From: Felis catus
Taxonomy: Eukaryota
Reading direction: 5' to 3'
NCBI RefSeq assembly: GCF_018350175.1
Contig: NC_058368.1
Coordinates: 25,050,001 to 25,114,000 of the forward strand
Length of the DNA: 64,000 nucleotides
Shown: in pieces, positions 1-13,190 of the stretch
Layout of the letters: every line of letters begins with the position of its first letter
Position numbering within the stretch: the stretch's first letter is position 1
Notes under the pieces: generated by a model
What the model saw: only the letters and a program-made list of their open reading frames with translations
Databases searched by the model: none
What the model was told of the DNA's origin: nothing
Program-made: the position numbers and the translations under genes

Positions 1-975
1 AGAAAATTAAAAAGAAAGTCAAACTTAACACTGCAGAAACTCAATCACAAAAAACAAGAGAAGAAAAAAAGAAAAACTACAAAAACAACCAGAAAACAAG
101 TAACAAAATGGCAATAAGTACATGCTTATCAATAATTACCTTAACTGTAAATGGCCTAAATGATACAATTAAAAGATACAGGGTAGAGGAATATTTAAAA
201 AAAAAAAAAAAGACTCATTTATATGTTGCCTATAGGAGAGGCACCTCACACGTAAGTCACATACAGACAGGAAGTGAAGGGATGGAGAAGCATTTACCAT
301 GCAAATGGAAGTGGGGGGGAGAAAGCCAAGGTATCAACCAGACAAAATAGACTTTAAAAGAAAGATGGTAGTAAGAGACAAAGAATGACATTACACAATG
401 ATAAAGGGGTCAGTCCAACAAGAGTGTATAACAATTGTAAATATCTATGCACCCAACATTGGAGGACCTAAAAACATAAAGCAAATATTAACAGATAAAG
501 AGGAAACTTGATGGTAATAAAATAATAGTAAAGGATTGAACACCCCACTTACATCAATAGATGTATCATCCAGACAACTTATCTATAAGGAAACAGTATC
601 TTTGAACAAAACATTAGACCAGATGGACATAACAGATATATAAAGAGCATTTCATCCAAAAACTACAGAATATATTTTCTTTTCAAATACACATGGAACA
701 TTTTCTAGAATAGATCACATGTAAAACGTGCCTCAGTAAATTTAAGATTGTACCACATATCTTTTCCAATCACAATGGTATGAAACTAGAAATCGATCAC
801 AGAAAAACAAATTTGAAAAAACACAAACATGGAGGCTAACCAACATAATTAAACAACCAATAGATCAATAGAGCAATCAAAGAAATTAAAAAACACATGG
901 AGACTGATGGAAGTGAAAACATAATGGTCCACAATCTTTGGTATACAGTGAAAGCTGTTCTAAAAGAAAAATACA
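1..975 (+). mobile_element. Old carnivore L1 (host element), inter-ORF end and degraded ORF2 endonuclease; continues at 7486
   Basis: ATG at 108 gives MAISTCLSIITLTVNGLN, the typical L1 ORF2 N-terminus. Many stops and frameshifts. Reads continuously into 7500+ once the 976-7485 insert is removed. Confidence 0.93.
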
Positions 976-2463
976 GGAAGTACCAACATGGTAGAGAAGT
1001 AGGGGGATCAAAGTTCCCTCATCTCTCAAACAAAGCAGTGTTGAAACTAAAGGACTTTGAACTCCAAGAGTCTGGGAGGGAAAGAGTCATACTTCAGGGA
1101 CCCACCAGGACAACCTGACAGGCCATAGGTGAGTGATTGTGAACTGGGAGAGATAAAATGAGTGGAGGGGAGGGATCCCCTTCTGCAGAGACACAAAGGG
1201 AAGAGAAACAGAGGCTGGGGAAGCATAGGACTGTATCTGGACAAGAGAAAAACCATGGACTGGGATGGAGAAAGATCCAATCTCTAACTGAGGGTCTTTC
1301 TCACAACTGGGGCCAGCTGTCTGGATCGCACACCTGGGGAGGAAGGGACCCAGCCCCAGGCTCCGTGGCTAGGTCAGGGGCACAGTCCACAGTGGGGGGA
1401 AGCGATCCCCTCCCTGGAGTGCTGTGGGACAGGACAAAGCCTGCCTGTCCACCAGCCAGTGACCACGTATTGGGGGGCGAAGGGTAGCACTCCCCCAGTA
1501 CCAGAAGTTTGAATCCTAGCCAAGAGCCAGGGCACGGGCATCAGTGGAGTGAGACAAACCGCCTCGTTTGCGCCTGTGGCACAGTGAGGACGGCTGGAAC
1601 AGATTGTTTGTGGACACCTGGTCCGTGGAGGAGAGACCGGGGTATCACCATTTTTCTCCCCACCACCACCAAGGTGGGGCCTCAGGGATCAGTCCACAGG
1701 GCCCACAGTGGAGGAGGGACCAGCCTACACCAAACCACGCTGCTCTGCGCAGGTAACTGTATCTACTGGGACAGGGTAGACACTGTGGAACCAGACGGCC
1801 CCTCCTCCAGACCAGCGCTGGTGCATTGCCTGGATTAATTCTAGGACAATTCTTGTTATATAGATATATTCTCCCTTCCATTTCTCCTCTTATCTTTTCT
1901 CTCCTCTAGTCTGGTTACTCTGGTTTTTGGTTTGTTTCAACAGACATATTTAATCCATTCTCTTAATACACGTTCCACACCTCCTTCTTTATCCTCCTCT
2001 CTCTCTGGATTAAGCCATATAGTTTCTCCATCTGGTCAATTTTTATTTTTTCTTTCCCTCCCCGCTGCCCCTGTCATTTCTCTCTTTGTTTGGGATAAGG
2101 CCCCTTCCATCAGCACCGCCTCCACCCTGTTGTTTACTTGTAGCTGGTGTTTCTGGGGTTTTTTGTTTTGTTTTGTTTTGTTTTTGGTGTTTTTTTTGTG
2201 TGTTTGCATGCTTTTGGTTTTCTGTTTGTTTTTTGTTTGTTTTCCTTTCCAGGGCTACTTCAACAAACAAATCAAAGCACATCTAGTGGAGGGTTCAAAA
2301 CATCACCATGAGTAGAGAGAGAAAATAACCAAAGTCACAACAAGAGAGAGCAAGTAACTCTCTCCAAAAAACACCTCCTGAAGGGCCAGGCCCTGGACAG
2401 TGTATGAGCCCTCTTTAATACAGTGCTTGCAGGTGCAGGGCACAAAACAGAAAACTAGCCAAA

Positions 2464-3380
2464 ATGACAAAATAGAAGAATTTTCCTCAAAAGAAATTCC
2501 AGAAAGAAATGACAGCTAAAGGATTGCTCAAAACAGATATAAACAATATAACTGAACAAGAATTTAGGACAATAGTCATAAGATTAATTGCTAGACTTAA
2601 AGCATAGGAGACAGCAGAGAATCTATTGCTGCAGAGATCAAGGAACTAAAAAATAGTCATGATGCATTAAAAAATGTTGTAAGTGAGGTGCAAAATAAAC
2701 TAGAGGCAGTGACAGTGAGAATTGAAGAGGCAGAGGGGAGAATCGGTTAAATAGAAGACAAAATTATGGAAAAAGAGGAAGCTGAGAAAAAGATTTTAAA
2801 AATTCTGGATCACAAGGGGAGAATTAGAGAACTAAGTGATTCAATGAAATGGAACAACATCTGTATCATAGGAGTTCCAGAAGAAGAGAGAGAGAAAGGG
2901 GCCAAAGGTATGCTTGAACAAATCATAGCTGAGAACTTCCCCAATCTGGGAAAAGAATCAGACATTGAAATCCCGGAGGCACAGAGAACTCCCTTCAGAT
3001 GTAACTTGAATCAATCTTCTGCATGACATGTAGTGAAACTGGCAAAATACAAAGATAGAGAATTCTGAAAGCAGCTAGGGAATCAACAGGCCTTAACCTA
3101 CAAGGGTAGACACTTAAGGGTAGTACCAGACCTATTTCCCGAAACTTGGCAGGCCACAAAGGAGTGGCAGGAAATTTTCAATGTGTGAATAGGAAAAATA
3201 TTCAGCCAATAATCCTTTATCCAGCAAGCGTGTCATTCAGAATAGAAGGAGAGAGAAAAGTTTTCCCAAACAGAAACTGAAGGAATTCATCACCACTAAA
3301 CTAACCCGACAAGAGATCCTAAGAGGGATTCTGTGAGTGTTGCAAAGACCACAAAGGACCAGAGACCTCACTACAAGCAT
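2464..3380 (+). pseudogene. L1 ORF1p, disrupted
   Basis: Fragment 2766-3026 contains NNICIIGVPEEE and IIAENFPNLGKE (ORF1p motifs). In-frame stops and frameshifts; end coordinate approximate. Confidence 0.88.
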
Positions 3381-3399
3381 GAAACTTACAGATAACACA

Positions 3400-6300
3400 A
3401 TGACTCTAAACCCATATATTTCAATAATAACACTGAATGTAAATGGACTAAATGCTCCAACCAAAAGACATAGGGTATCAGAATGGATAAACAAAACAAA
3501 ACAAACAAACAAAAAAACCATGTATTTTCTGTCTACAAGAGACTCATTTTAGACCTGAGGACACCTTCAGATTAAAAGTGAGGGGATGGAGAACTATCAT
3601 GCTACTGGAAGTCAAAAGAAAGCTGGAGTAGCCATACTTATATCAGACAAACTAGATTTTAAATTAAAGACTGTAACAAGAGATGAAGAAGGACATTATA
3701 TCATAATTATGGGGTCTATCCATAAGGAAGAGTTAAGAATTATAAATGTCTATGCACCAAATTCGAAAGCACCCAAATATATAAAACAACTAATCACAAA
3801 CATAAACAATGCTATTGGTAAGAATGTGGTAATTGCAGGGGACTTTAATACTCCAGTTACAGGCATGGATAGAACATCTAGACAGAAAATCAATAAAGAA
3901 ACAATGAACCTGAATGATACACTGGACCAGATGGACTTGACAGATATATTTAGAACTTTTCATCCTAAAGCAGCAGAATATACATTCTTCTTGAGTGCAC
4001 ATGGAACATTCTCCAAGATAGATCACGTACTGGGTCACAAAACAGCCCTCAATAAATATAAAAGAATTGGGATCATACCATGCACACTTTCAGATCACAA
4101 TGCTATGAAACTTGAAATCAACCGCAGGAAAAAGTCTGGAAAACCTCCAAAAGCATGGAGGTTAAAGAACATCCTACTAAAGAATGAATGGGTCACTAGA
4201 CAATTAAAGAAGAAATTTAAAAATATATGGAAACACATGAAAATGAAAACACAACAATCCAAACCCTTTGAGATGCAGCAAAGGCAGTCCTGAGAGGAAA
4301 ATACATTGCAATCCAGACCTATCTCAAGAAACAAGAAAAATCTCAAATACAAAATCTAAGAGCACACCTAAAGGAACTAGAAGCAGAACAACAAGAAATA
4401 CCAAACCCAGTAGAAGATGAGAAATAATAAAGATCAGAGCAGAAATAAACAATATAGAATAAAAAAAAAAACAGAAAAGATCAATAAAACTAAGAGTTGG
4501 TTTTCTGAAAAAATAAACAAATTGATAACCCCCTCGCCAGACTTATCAAAAAGAAAAGAGACAACCCAAATAGATAAAATCATGAAGGAAAGCAGATTTA
4601 TCACAGCCAATCCCTCAGAAATATAAGCAATCATCAGGGAATACTATGAAAAATTATATGCCAACAAACTGGACAACCTGGAAGAAATGGACAAATTCCT
4701 AGACACCTTCACACTACCAAAACTCAAATGGGAAGAAATAGAAAATTTGAACAGACCCATAACTAGTGAAGAAATTTAATCAGTTATCAAAAATTTCCCA
4801 ACAAATAAGAGTTCTGCACCAGATGGCTTCCCTGGGGAATTGTACCAGACATTTAGAGCAGAGTTAATACCTATCCTTCTCAAGCTGTTCCAAAAAATAG
4901 AAATGGAAGGAAAACTTCTGGACTCATTCTATGAAGCCAGCATTACCTTGATTCCTAAACCAGAGACCCCACAAAAAAGAACTACAGGCCAATATCCCCA
5001 ATGAACATGGATGCAAAAATTCTTAACAAGATACTAGCAAATCGAATTCAACAGCATATAAAAAGAATTATTCACCATGATAAAGTGGGAGTCATTCCCG
5101 GGCTGGCTGCAGAGCTGGTTCAATATTCACAAATGAATCAGTTTGATCCATCACATTAATAAAAGAAAGGATAATAACCATATGATCCTGTCAATAGATG
5201 CAGAAAAAGCATTTGACAAAATACAACAACCTTTCTTAATAAAAACCCTCAAGAAAGTCGGGATAGAAGAATCATACTTAAACATCATAAAAGTCATATA
5301 TTAAAATCCCACAGCTAATATCATCCTCAATGGGGAAAAACTGAGAGCTTTCCCTCTGAGATAAGGAATATTACAGGGATGTCCACTCTCACCACTGTTG
5401 TTTAACATCATGTGGAAGTTCTAGCATCAGCAATCAGACAACAAAATGAAATCAAAGGCATCAAAATTGGCAAAAAAAAAAAAAAAAAAAAGAAGTCAAA
5501 CTTTCACTTTTTGCAGACAACATGATACTCTACATGAAAAACCCGAAAGACTACCAAAAGACTCCTAGAACTGATACATGAATTCAGCAAAGTCGCAGGG
5601 TACAAAATCAATGTACAGAAATTGGTTGCATTTTTACACACCAATAATGAAGCAACAGAAAGGGAAATAAAGAAACTGATCCCATTTGCAATTGCATCAA
5701 GAACTATAAAATATCTAGGAATAAACCTAACCAAAGATGTAAATACCTGTATGCTGAAAACTATAGAAAGCTTATGAAAGAAATTGAAGAAGACACAAAT
5801 GGAAAAACATTCCATGCTCATGGATTGGAAGAATAAATATTGTTAAAATGTCAACACTACCCAAAGCAATCTCACAGTCAATGCAGTCCCAATCAAAATT
5901 GCACCAGCATTCTTCTCAAAGGCAGAACAAACAATTCTAAAATTTGTATGGAACCACAAAAGACCCCAAATAGCCAAAGCAATATTGAAGAAGAAAACCA
6001 AAGCGGGAGGCATCACAATCCCAGACTTTAGCTTCTACTACAAAGCTGTAATCATCCAGACAGTATGTTATTGGCACAAAAACAGACACACAGACCAGTG
6101 GAATAGAAGAGAAAACCCAGAATTTGACCCACAAACGTATGGCCAGCTAATCTTTGACAAAGCAGGAAAGAGCATCCAATGGATAAAAGACAGTCTCTTT
6201 AGCAAATGGTGCTGGGAGAACTGGACAGCAACATGCACAAGAATGAACCTAGACACTTTCTTGCACCATACACAAAAATAAACCCAAAATGGATGAAAGA

Positions 6301-7216
6301 CCTAAATGTGAGGCAGGAAACCATCAAAACCCTAAAGGAGAAAGCAGGCAAAAACCCCTTTGACCTCAGCTGCAGCAATTTCTTACTCTACATATCTCCA
6401 AAGGCAAGGGAATTGAAAGTGAAAATGAACTATTGGGACCTCATCAATATAAAAAGCTTCTGCACTGCAAAGGAAACAATCAACAAAAGTAAAAGGCAAC
6501 CACAGGAATGGGAGAAGATATTTCCAAAGGACATATCAGATAAAAGGTTAGTATCCAAAATCTGTAAAGAACTTACCAAAAAACACCAGGGCAGAAGACA
6601 TGAATAGGCAGAAGACATGAATAGACACTTCTCCAAAGAAGACATCCAGATGGCCAACAGACACACAAAAAGATGCTCAACATCACTCATCATCAGGGAA
6701 ATACAAATCAAAGCCACACTGAGACACCACCTCACACCAGTCAGAGTGGCTAAAATTAACTCAGAAAACAACAGATGCTGGTTAAGGATGTGGAGAAACG
6801 GAAACCCTCTTGCACTGTTGGTGGGAATGCAAGTGGTGCAGCCGCTCTGGAAAACAGTGTGGAGGTTCCTCAAAAAATTAAAAACATAACTACTCTATGA
6901 TCCAGCAATTGCACTACTAGGAATTTACCCAAGGGATACAGGAGTGCTGATGCATAGGGGCACATGTACCCCAATGTTTATAGCAGCACTTTCAACAACA
7001 GCCAAATAATGGAAAGAGCCTAAATGTCCATCAGCTGATGAATGGATAAAGAAGATGTGGTTTATACATACAATGGAATACTACTTGGTAATGAGTAAGA
7101 ATGAAATCATGCCATTTGCAACAACGTGGATGGAACTGGAAAGTATTATGCTGAGTGAAATAAGTCAGTCAGAGAAGGACAGATATCATATGTTTTCACT
7201 CATATGTGAATCTTGA
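3400..7216 (+). pseudogene. L1 ORF2p (APE endonuclease, reverse transcriptase, Cys-rich C-terminus), disrupted
   Basis: MTLNPYISIITLNVNGLN, AGDFNTP, SKIDHVLG and SDHNAMKLEI (EN motifs). The RT catalytic motif reads FADNM at 5510-5524. C-terminal [10 protein letters not shown]. Many frameshifts. Confidence 0.93.
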
Positions 7217-8042
7217 GAAACTTAACAGAAGGCCATGGGGGAAGGGGGAAAATAGTTACAAACAGAGAGAGAGGGAGGCAAACCACAAGAGACTCTTAAA
7301 TACAGAGAACAAACTGAGGGTTGATGGGGGGAGCAGAGGATAGAGGAAAATGGGTGATGGGCATTGAGGAGGGCACTTGTTGGGGTGAATAGTGGGTGTT
7401 TTATGTAAGCCAATTTGACAATAAATTATATTCATAAAATAAATTTTTTTTACAGAGTACAAAATAAAAAATAAAGTAATTAAAGAAAAGAAAAATATAT
7501 AGCAAAATGAGCCTATGTTAAGAAACAAGAAAAAGCTCAAATAAGCAATCTAACCCTACACCTAAAGGAACTAAAAAAGGAAACCAAGGCCAAGGTGAGA
7601 GAAGAAAGGGTAATAAAGATAAGAATAGATATAAGTAACAGATTTAAAAAATAGAAAAAAAATCAATTAAACCAAGAACTAGTTCTTTGGAAAGATAAGC
7701 AAAATTGACAAACCCTTAGCCAGACTCATTAAGGAAAAAGTGAAAGGATCCAAATAAATAAAATCAGAAATAAGAGAGGAGAAGGAAAAACGGACACCAC
7801 AGAAATACAAAGCATTATAAGAGAATACTATGAAAATGGACAACTTAGAAGCAATGGATAAATTCCTGGAAACATATAATCTTTCAAAACTTAATCAGGA
7901 ATAAATAGAAAATCTGCACAGATCAATTACTAGTAATGACATAGAATCGGTAATCAAATCACTAGTAAAACATAAAAGTTCAGAACCAGATGGATTCGCA
8001 GCTGAATTCTACCAAGCATTTATAGAAGTTATTGGGACACCT

Positions 8043-8254
8043 GGGGCACCTGGGTGGCTCAGTCGGCGTCTGACTTCAGTTCAGGTCATGATCTCTTGGC
8101 TGTGAGTTCGAGCCCCACATCAGGCTCTGTGCTGATGGCTCAGAGCCTGGAGCCTGCTTTGGATTCTGTGTCTCCCTCTCTCTCTACCCCTTCCCAGCTT
8201 GCACTGTGTCTCTCTCTCTTCAAAAATAAATAAATATTTTAAAAAATAAAAAGA
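8043..8254 (+). mobile_element. CAN-SINE inserted into the head of another SINE
   Basis: ggggcacctgggtggctcag head, (CT)n, A tail. TSD agaagttattgggacacct at 8024-8042 and 8255-8273. Confidence 0.92.
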
Positions 8255-8264
8255 AGAAGTTATT

Positions 8265-8477
8265 GGGACACCTGGGTGGCTCAGTTGGTTAAGCTTCTGA
8301 CTGTTGATTTTGACTCAGGTCCTGATGTCATTGTGAGTTTGAGCCCTACATTGGGCTCTCTGTGGAGTGTGCAGCCTGCTTAGAATTCTCTCTCTCCCTC
8401 TCTCTCTCTCTCTTTCTCTCTCTTCCTCTCTCTCACTAGCATTCTGTGTCTCTCAAAATAAATAAACTTAAAAAAAA
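8265..8477 (+). mobile_element. Older CAN-SINE at an L1 deletion junction
   Basis: gggacacctgggtggctcag head, (CT)n, A tail; no matching TSD. Confidence 0.88.
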
Positions 8478-8901
8478 TAATGAAGTAGCAGAAAGAGAAA
8501 TTAAGGAAACAATTTCATTTTCAATTGCACCAAAACCAATACCTAGGAGTAGACGTGACCAAAGAAGTGAAATACCTGCACCCTGAAAATTACAAAACAT
8601 TGCTGAAAAAAAAATTATAGGGCACAAATAAATGGAAATACATACATGCCCACGGATTGGGATAATATTGTTAAAATATCCACACTATGCAAAGCAATCT
8701 ACAACTTCAGTGCAATCCCTATCAAAACACCAACCTCATTTTTCACTGACCTAGAACAAATACTCCTAAAATTGTATGGAACCACAAAAGACCCCAAATA
8801 GCCAAAGCAATCTTGAGAAAGAAGAATAATGCTAAGGGGTACCACAATTCCATATTTCAAGATATATTACAAAACTGGAGTCATCAAAGTAGTATGGTCC
8901 T

Positions 8902-8968
8902 TGCACCTGGCACTAATAACACTGTATGGTAACTACACTGGAATTAAAATATAAAACTTATTAAAAAA
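8902..8968 (+). mobile_element. Extremely 5'-truncated L1 3' terminus (about 67 bp)
   Basis: cacctggcactaataacactgtatggtaactacactggaattaaa resembles the L1 end at 33615-33670. Degenerate TSD aaagtagtatggtcct / aaaacagtacggtgct. Confidence 0.72.
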
Positions 8969-9944
8969 AAAACAGTACGGTGCTGGAACAAAAACAGACA
9001 CATGAGCAATAGGACAGAATAAACAGCCCAGAAATAAACCCACGATTTATATGGTCAATTATTCTATAACAAAAGAGGCAAGGTATACACTGGGGAAAGA
9101 CTGTCTCTTCAGTAAATAGTGCTGGGAAAACTGGACAGCCATATGCAAAAGAATGAGACTGGACCGCTTTCTTAAACATACACAAAAATAAACTCAAAAT
9201 GAACTAAAGACCTAAATTTGAGACCTGAAACCATAAAATTCCTAGGAGAGAAGATAAACAGTAATTTCTGATATCAGCTGTAGCAACATTTTTCCAGCTA
9301 TATCTCCTTGGGCAAGGGAAACAAAGCAAAACTAAACTATTAAATGCACAGTGAAGGAAACCATCAACAAAACAAAAAGACAACCTATTGAATGGGAGAA
9401 GTTATTTGCAAATGGTATATCCACTAAAGGGTTAGTATCTAAAATATACAAAGAACTTATAGGACTCAACACCAAAAACAAAACAAAACAAAAAGAAAAG
9501 AACAGCAAACCTGATTTAAAAATGGCAAAGGTCCGGAATTTTCCCAAAGACAATATACAGATGACCAACAGAAATTTGAAATGATGTACATTACTAATCA
9601 TTAGGGAAATGCAAACCAAAACCACAATGAGATAGCACCTCACACCTGTCAAATGGCTAAAATAAGGTAAGAAATAACAGGTGTTGGTGAGGATGTGGAG
9701 AAAAGGGAACCCTCATGCACTGTTGGTGGGGATGAAAATTGGGGCAGCCACTGTGGAAAACAGTATGGAGGTTCCTCAGAAAATTAATAATAGAAATACC
9801 ATATTATGCAGTAATTTACCCAAAGAAAACACAAACACAAGTCAAAAAGACAGATGCACCCCTATGTTTATTGCAGCATTATTTATGAGAGCCAACATAT
9901 GGATATAACTTAAGTGTCTACTGATAGGTGAATGGATAAGGAAG

Positions 9945-9946
<2 letters not shown>

Positions 9947-9984
<38 letters not shown>
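9947..9984. repeat. (CA)n microsatellite in L1
   Basis: Pure AC run. Confidence 0.95.
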
Positions 9985-9988
<4 letters not shown>

Positions 9989-10418
9989 GAATATTTCTCA
10001 TTCATGAAAAAAGGATGAGATCATGCTATCTGCAACAACATGGATGGACCTAGAGGGTATTATGATAAGTGAAATAAATCAGACTGAAAAAGACCAAATA
10101 ATTTCACTCATAAGGAAATTAAAAAAAAAAAACAAATAAGCAAACAAAAAGCAAGATCAGACCTGTAAATATAGAGAACTGATGGTTGCCAGAGGGGAGT
10201 GGATAGGGAGTTGGGCAAAATGGGTAAAGGGGAGTGGTAGATATAGACTTCCACAGTAATGAACAAATCACAGGAATAAAGGCACAACATAGGGAATATA
10301 GTGAGTGATAGAATAGCATTATATGGTGACAGATGGTACTACACTTGTAGTGAGCATAGCATAATAGAGAAGTTGAAGTTCTATGTTGTACACCTGAAAT
10401 TAAAGTAACATTTTATGT

Positions 10419-10562
10419 TTGGCGCCTGGGTGGCTCAGTAGGTTGAGTGTCTGACTTTTGATTTCAGCTCAGGTCATGATCCCACAGTCATGGGATTGAG
10501 CCCACATCAGGCTCTGCACTGGACATAGAGCCTGCTTACAATTCTCTCTCTCAGCCCCTCCC
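10419..10562 (+). mobile_element. 3'-truncated CAN-SINE
   Basis: ggcgcctgggtggctcag head, no A tail. Confidence 0.85.
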
Positions 10563-12000
10563 CATATCTGCTGATATGAAAATGTACTTATTAGTAACAG
10601 GAAAACATTTGAAAGTAAAGTCTCATTGGAAAAGTAAACCTATAGTAAACCTATAGTAAAATTCAGAACAACATAATGTTGTAAAGGTGATGGGCTAATC
10701 ACTTATAAAGCTAGTATGAAGATTACAAGGCAAAACTATATACTATAATATATACTCTGTAGTATATACAACTATAATGATTTATTAATGCATATACAAA
10801 ATAAAGAGATGTAAATAGTGACATCAAAACAAAATTTAGTGGGGGGGAGGAGTTAAAATGTAGAGCTTTAGAAAGAGTTCAAACTTAAATTGTTAATCAA
10901 CTTAAATAGACTATTATAAATATAAGTTGTTTTCTGTAAGCCTCATAGTAACCACAAAGCAAAAACTTAACACAAAAGGGAAAGGGAAAGGAATCTAAGC
11001 ATACCGCTACAAAAAAAATCATCAAGTCACAAAGAAGAGACCAAGAAGAAAGGAACCAAGGAGTTACAAAACAGCTGATGTCAATTAACAAAATGGCAAT
11101 AAATGCATACCTATAAATAATTAAATGTAAATGGACTAAATTCTCCAGTCAAAAGGCAGAGCGGCTGCATGGATAAAAAATAAACAAGGCCCATTTATAT
11201 GCTGCCTATAAGAAACTTATTTCAGATATACGGACACATATACTGTCAAGTGAAAGAGTGAAAGATATTCCATGCAAATGGAAAACAAAAGAAAGCTGGG
11301 GTAGCTATACTTATCAGGCAAAATAGACTTGAAGACAAAGACTGTCCTAAGACTCACAGAAGGTCATTATATAATGATAAAGAATTTAATCCAACAAAAA
11401 GATATCACATATATAAATATTTGCAACTGACACCTATATACACCTATATACAAATAGTAACAGACCTGAAGGGGAGACATAGGCAACAATACAATAATAG
11501 TAAAAGACTTTAATCCCCCCCACCCTTTTCATCAATGGATAGATCATCTGGACAGAAAATCAGTGAGAAAATACTTATCTTAAGTGACATGTTGGACCAG
11601 ATGGACTTAACAGATATATACAGAGCATTCCATTCACAAGCAACAGAATACATATTTTTTTCAAGCACACATAGAACATTCACCAGGATAAATCATGTTA
11701 GGCCACAAAATAAGTCTTAATAAACTTAAAATTAAAATCATATCAAGCATATTTTCTGATCACAATGGTATGACTCTAAAAATCAATTACAAGAAGAAAT
11801 TCAAAGTATGTGAAGATTGAACAACGTATTACTGCACAAGAGATGAGACAAAAAAAAAGTCAAAAGAGAAATTTAAAAATACCTTGAGATGAAGTGAAAA
11901 CACAACATACCAAAACTATGGGATGCAACGAAGCAGCTCTTGTTCATAAAGATAAATACTTACACTAACAAGAAAGATTTCAGATAAAAACCTAACTTTA

Positions 12001-12223
12001 GGGGCACCTGGGTGGCTCAGTTGGTTAAGTGTCCAACTACAGCTCAGGTCATGATCTCGCGGTTCATGGGTTCAAGCCCCATGTCAGGCTCTGTGATGAC
12101 AGCTCAGAGCCTGGAGCCTGCTTTGGATTCTGTGTCTCTCTCTCTGCCCCTCCCCTGCTCATGCTCTGTGTCTCTCTCTCTCTCTCTCAGAAATAAATCA
12201 ACATAAAACAAAACAAAACAAAA
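12001..12223 (+). mobile_element. CAN-SINE
   Basis: Full structure; TSD aaacctaacttta on both sides. Confidence 0.92.
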
Positions 12224-12397
12224 CAAACCTAACTTTACACATCAAGGAACTAGAGAAAGCACAAAAGCCAAAGTTGGGGGAAAAAGGAAATAACAAAGAT
12301 CGGATCAGAAATCAGTGAAATAGAGACTATAACAGACAATAGAAAAGATAAATAAAACTAATTGCTGGTGTTTTTCAAGAAAGAAAAAAAATCAACA

Positions 12398-12570
12398 GGA
12401 CGCCTGGGTGGCTCAGTCTTCCTGTCAGCTCAGGTCAGGATCTCGTGGTTCGTGAGTTTGTGCCCCACATTGGGCTCTCTGCTGTCAGTGCGGAGCCCAA
12501 TTCGGATCCTCTGTCCTCTCCTCGCTGCCCCTCCCCCACTTGCACTCTGTCTCAAAAATAAACATTAAAA
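12398..12570 (+). mobile_element. CAN-SINE
   Basis: Head and tail present; TSD aaagaaaaaaa(a)tcaaca. Confidence 0.87.
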
Positions 12571-12591
12571 AGAAAAAAATCAACAATCCTT

Positions 12592-12690
12592 GGGAGGCCT
12601 GGTTAAAGTCAGTCGGTTAAACGTCTGACTTTTGCTCAGGTCATGTTTCTTGTGGTTCATGAGTTTGAGCCCCTCAATGAGCTCTGTGCT
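12592..12690 (+). mobile_element. CAN-SINE 5' half (truncated)
   Basis: Degenerate head through gctctgtgct, then an abrupt switch to unrelated sequence. Confidence 0.75.
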
Positions 12691-12915
12691 CCTTTCATCA
12701 AGCCCAATGGTTGTTCATTCTTGCATAACCAAGAAATTGGGGCAAAAGTCTCTACGACATGTATAGGACACCTTCTTAGCACTTGTAAGCAGGCAATGGG
12801 GAATTATGCCTTATTTATGACCTCAGGATAATTATAAGAAAATAATTAAGAAGAACGATTCTGATTTTAATGCGTATTAACTTTAGAAACTAACAAAAAT
12901 ACCCATTAATGCTAA
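12690..12915. mobile_element. Possible ancient DNA-transposon internal fragment (family uncertain)
   Basis: Resembles, from memory only, an old eutherian hAT-like repeat. No TIR visible. Confidence 0.3.
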
Positions 12916-13084
12916 GTCCGAGATCTCATCATTTCTTGATTTGGACCATTCAACATTTTCCTGGCTGCTGGTTGTTATTCAGAACACTCGCCCTCAGCCC
13001 TACCTTCTTAATCCATTCTCCACACTGCGACCAGAATAATCTTTCTAAATTATCCCAAAATACAGACATGATTGACCTGGTTTC

Positions 13085-13190
13085 TAGCTGGGATCCTGCC
13101 TCTGTCAAGTAATACAAACTTAAGCAAACCACTTAATCTCTCTGAGTGTCATTTTCTCAATCCATAAAGTAAGAGAGCTGGGTTGTAGGT
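13085..13190 (+). mobile_element. MIR remnant
   Basis: MIR core: gatcctgcctctg...ttaagcaaaccacttaatctctctgagtgtcattttctc...taaagt. Confidence 0.65.

Larger units (their letters stand above)
976..7485 (+). mobile_element. Full-length younger felid LINE-1 (5'UTR-ORF1-ORF2-3'UTR-A tail), inactive, nested in an older L1
   Basis: GC-rich 5'UTR from 976, ORF1 and ORF2 remnants, G-rich 3'UTR, AATAAA near 7420. TSD aaaagaaaaata(c/t)a at 962-975 and 7486-7499. Confidence 0.95.
7486..10418 (+). mobile_element. Old host L1 continued: ORF2 remainder (RT core missing) and 3'UTR
   Basis: Colinear with ORF2 of the 976-7485 copy. Fragments such as KETINKTKRQPIEWEKLFAN; L1-type 3'UTR at about 10100-10418. 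Confidence 0.9.
10563..12590 (+). mobile_element. Old L1 fragment: inter-ORF region and ORF2 endonuclease/tower, interrupted by SINEs
   Basis: ORF2 start near 11093 and LDQMDLTDIYRAFH at 11535-11720. The inter-ORF region resembles 56030-56497. Confidence 0.88.

Noticed and set aside
3586..4293. 235-aa endonuclease-like ORF as a functional or domesticated gene
   Set aside because: It is a fragment of a frameshifted L1 ORF2, lacks the EN N-terminus and ends out of frame.
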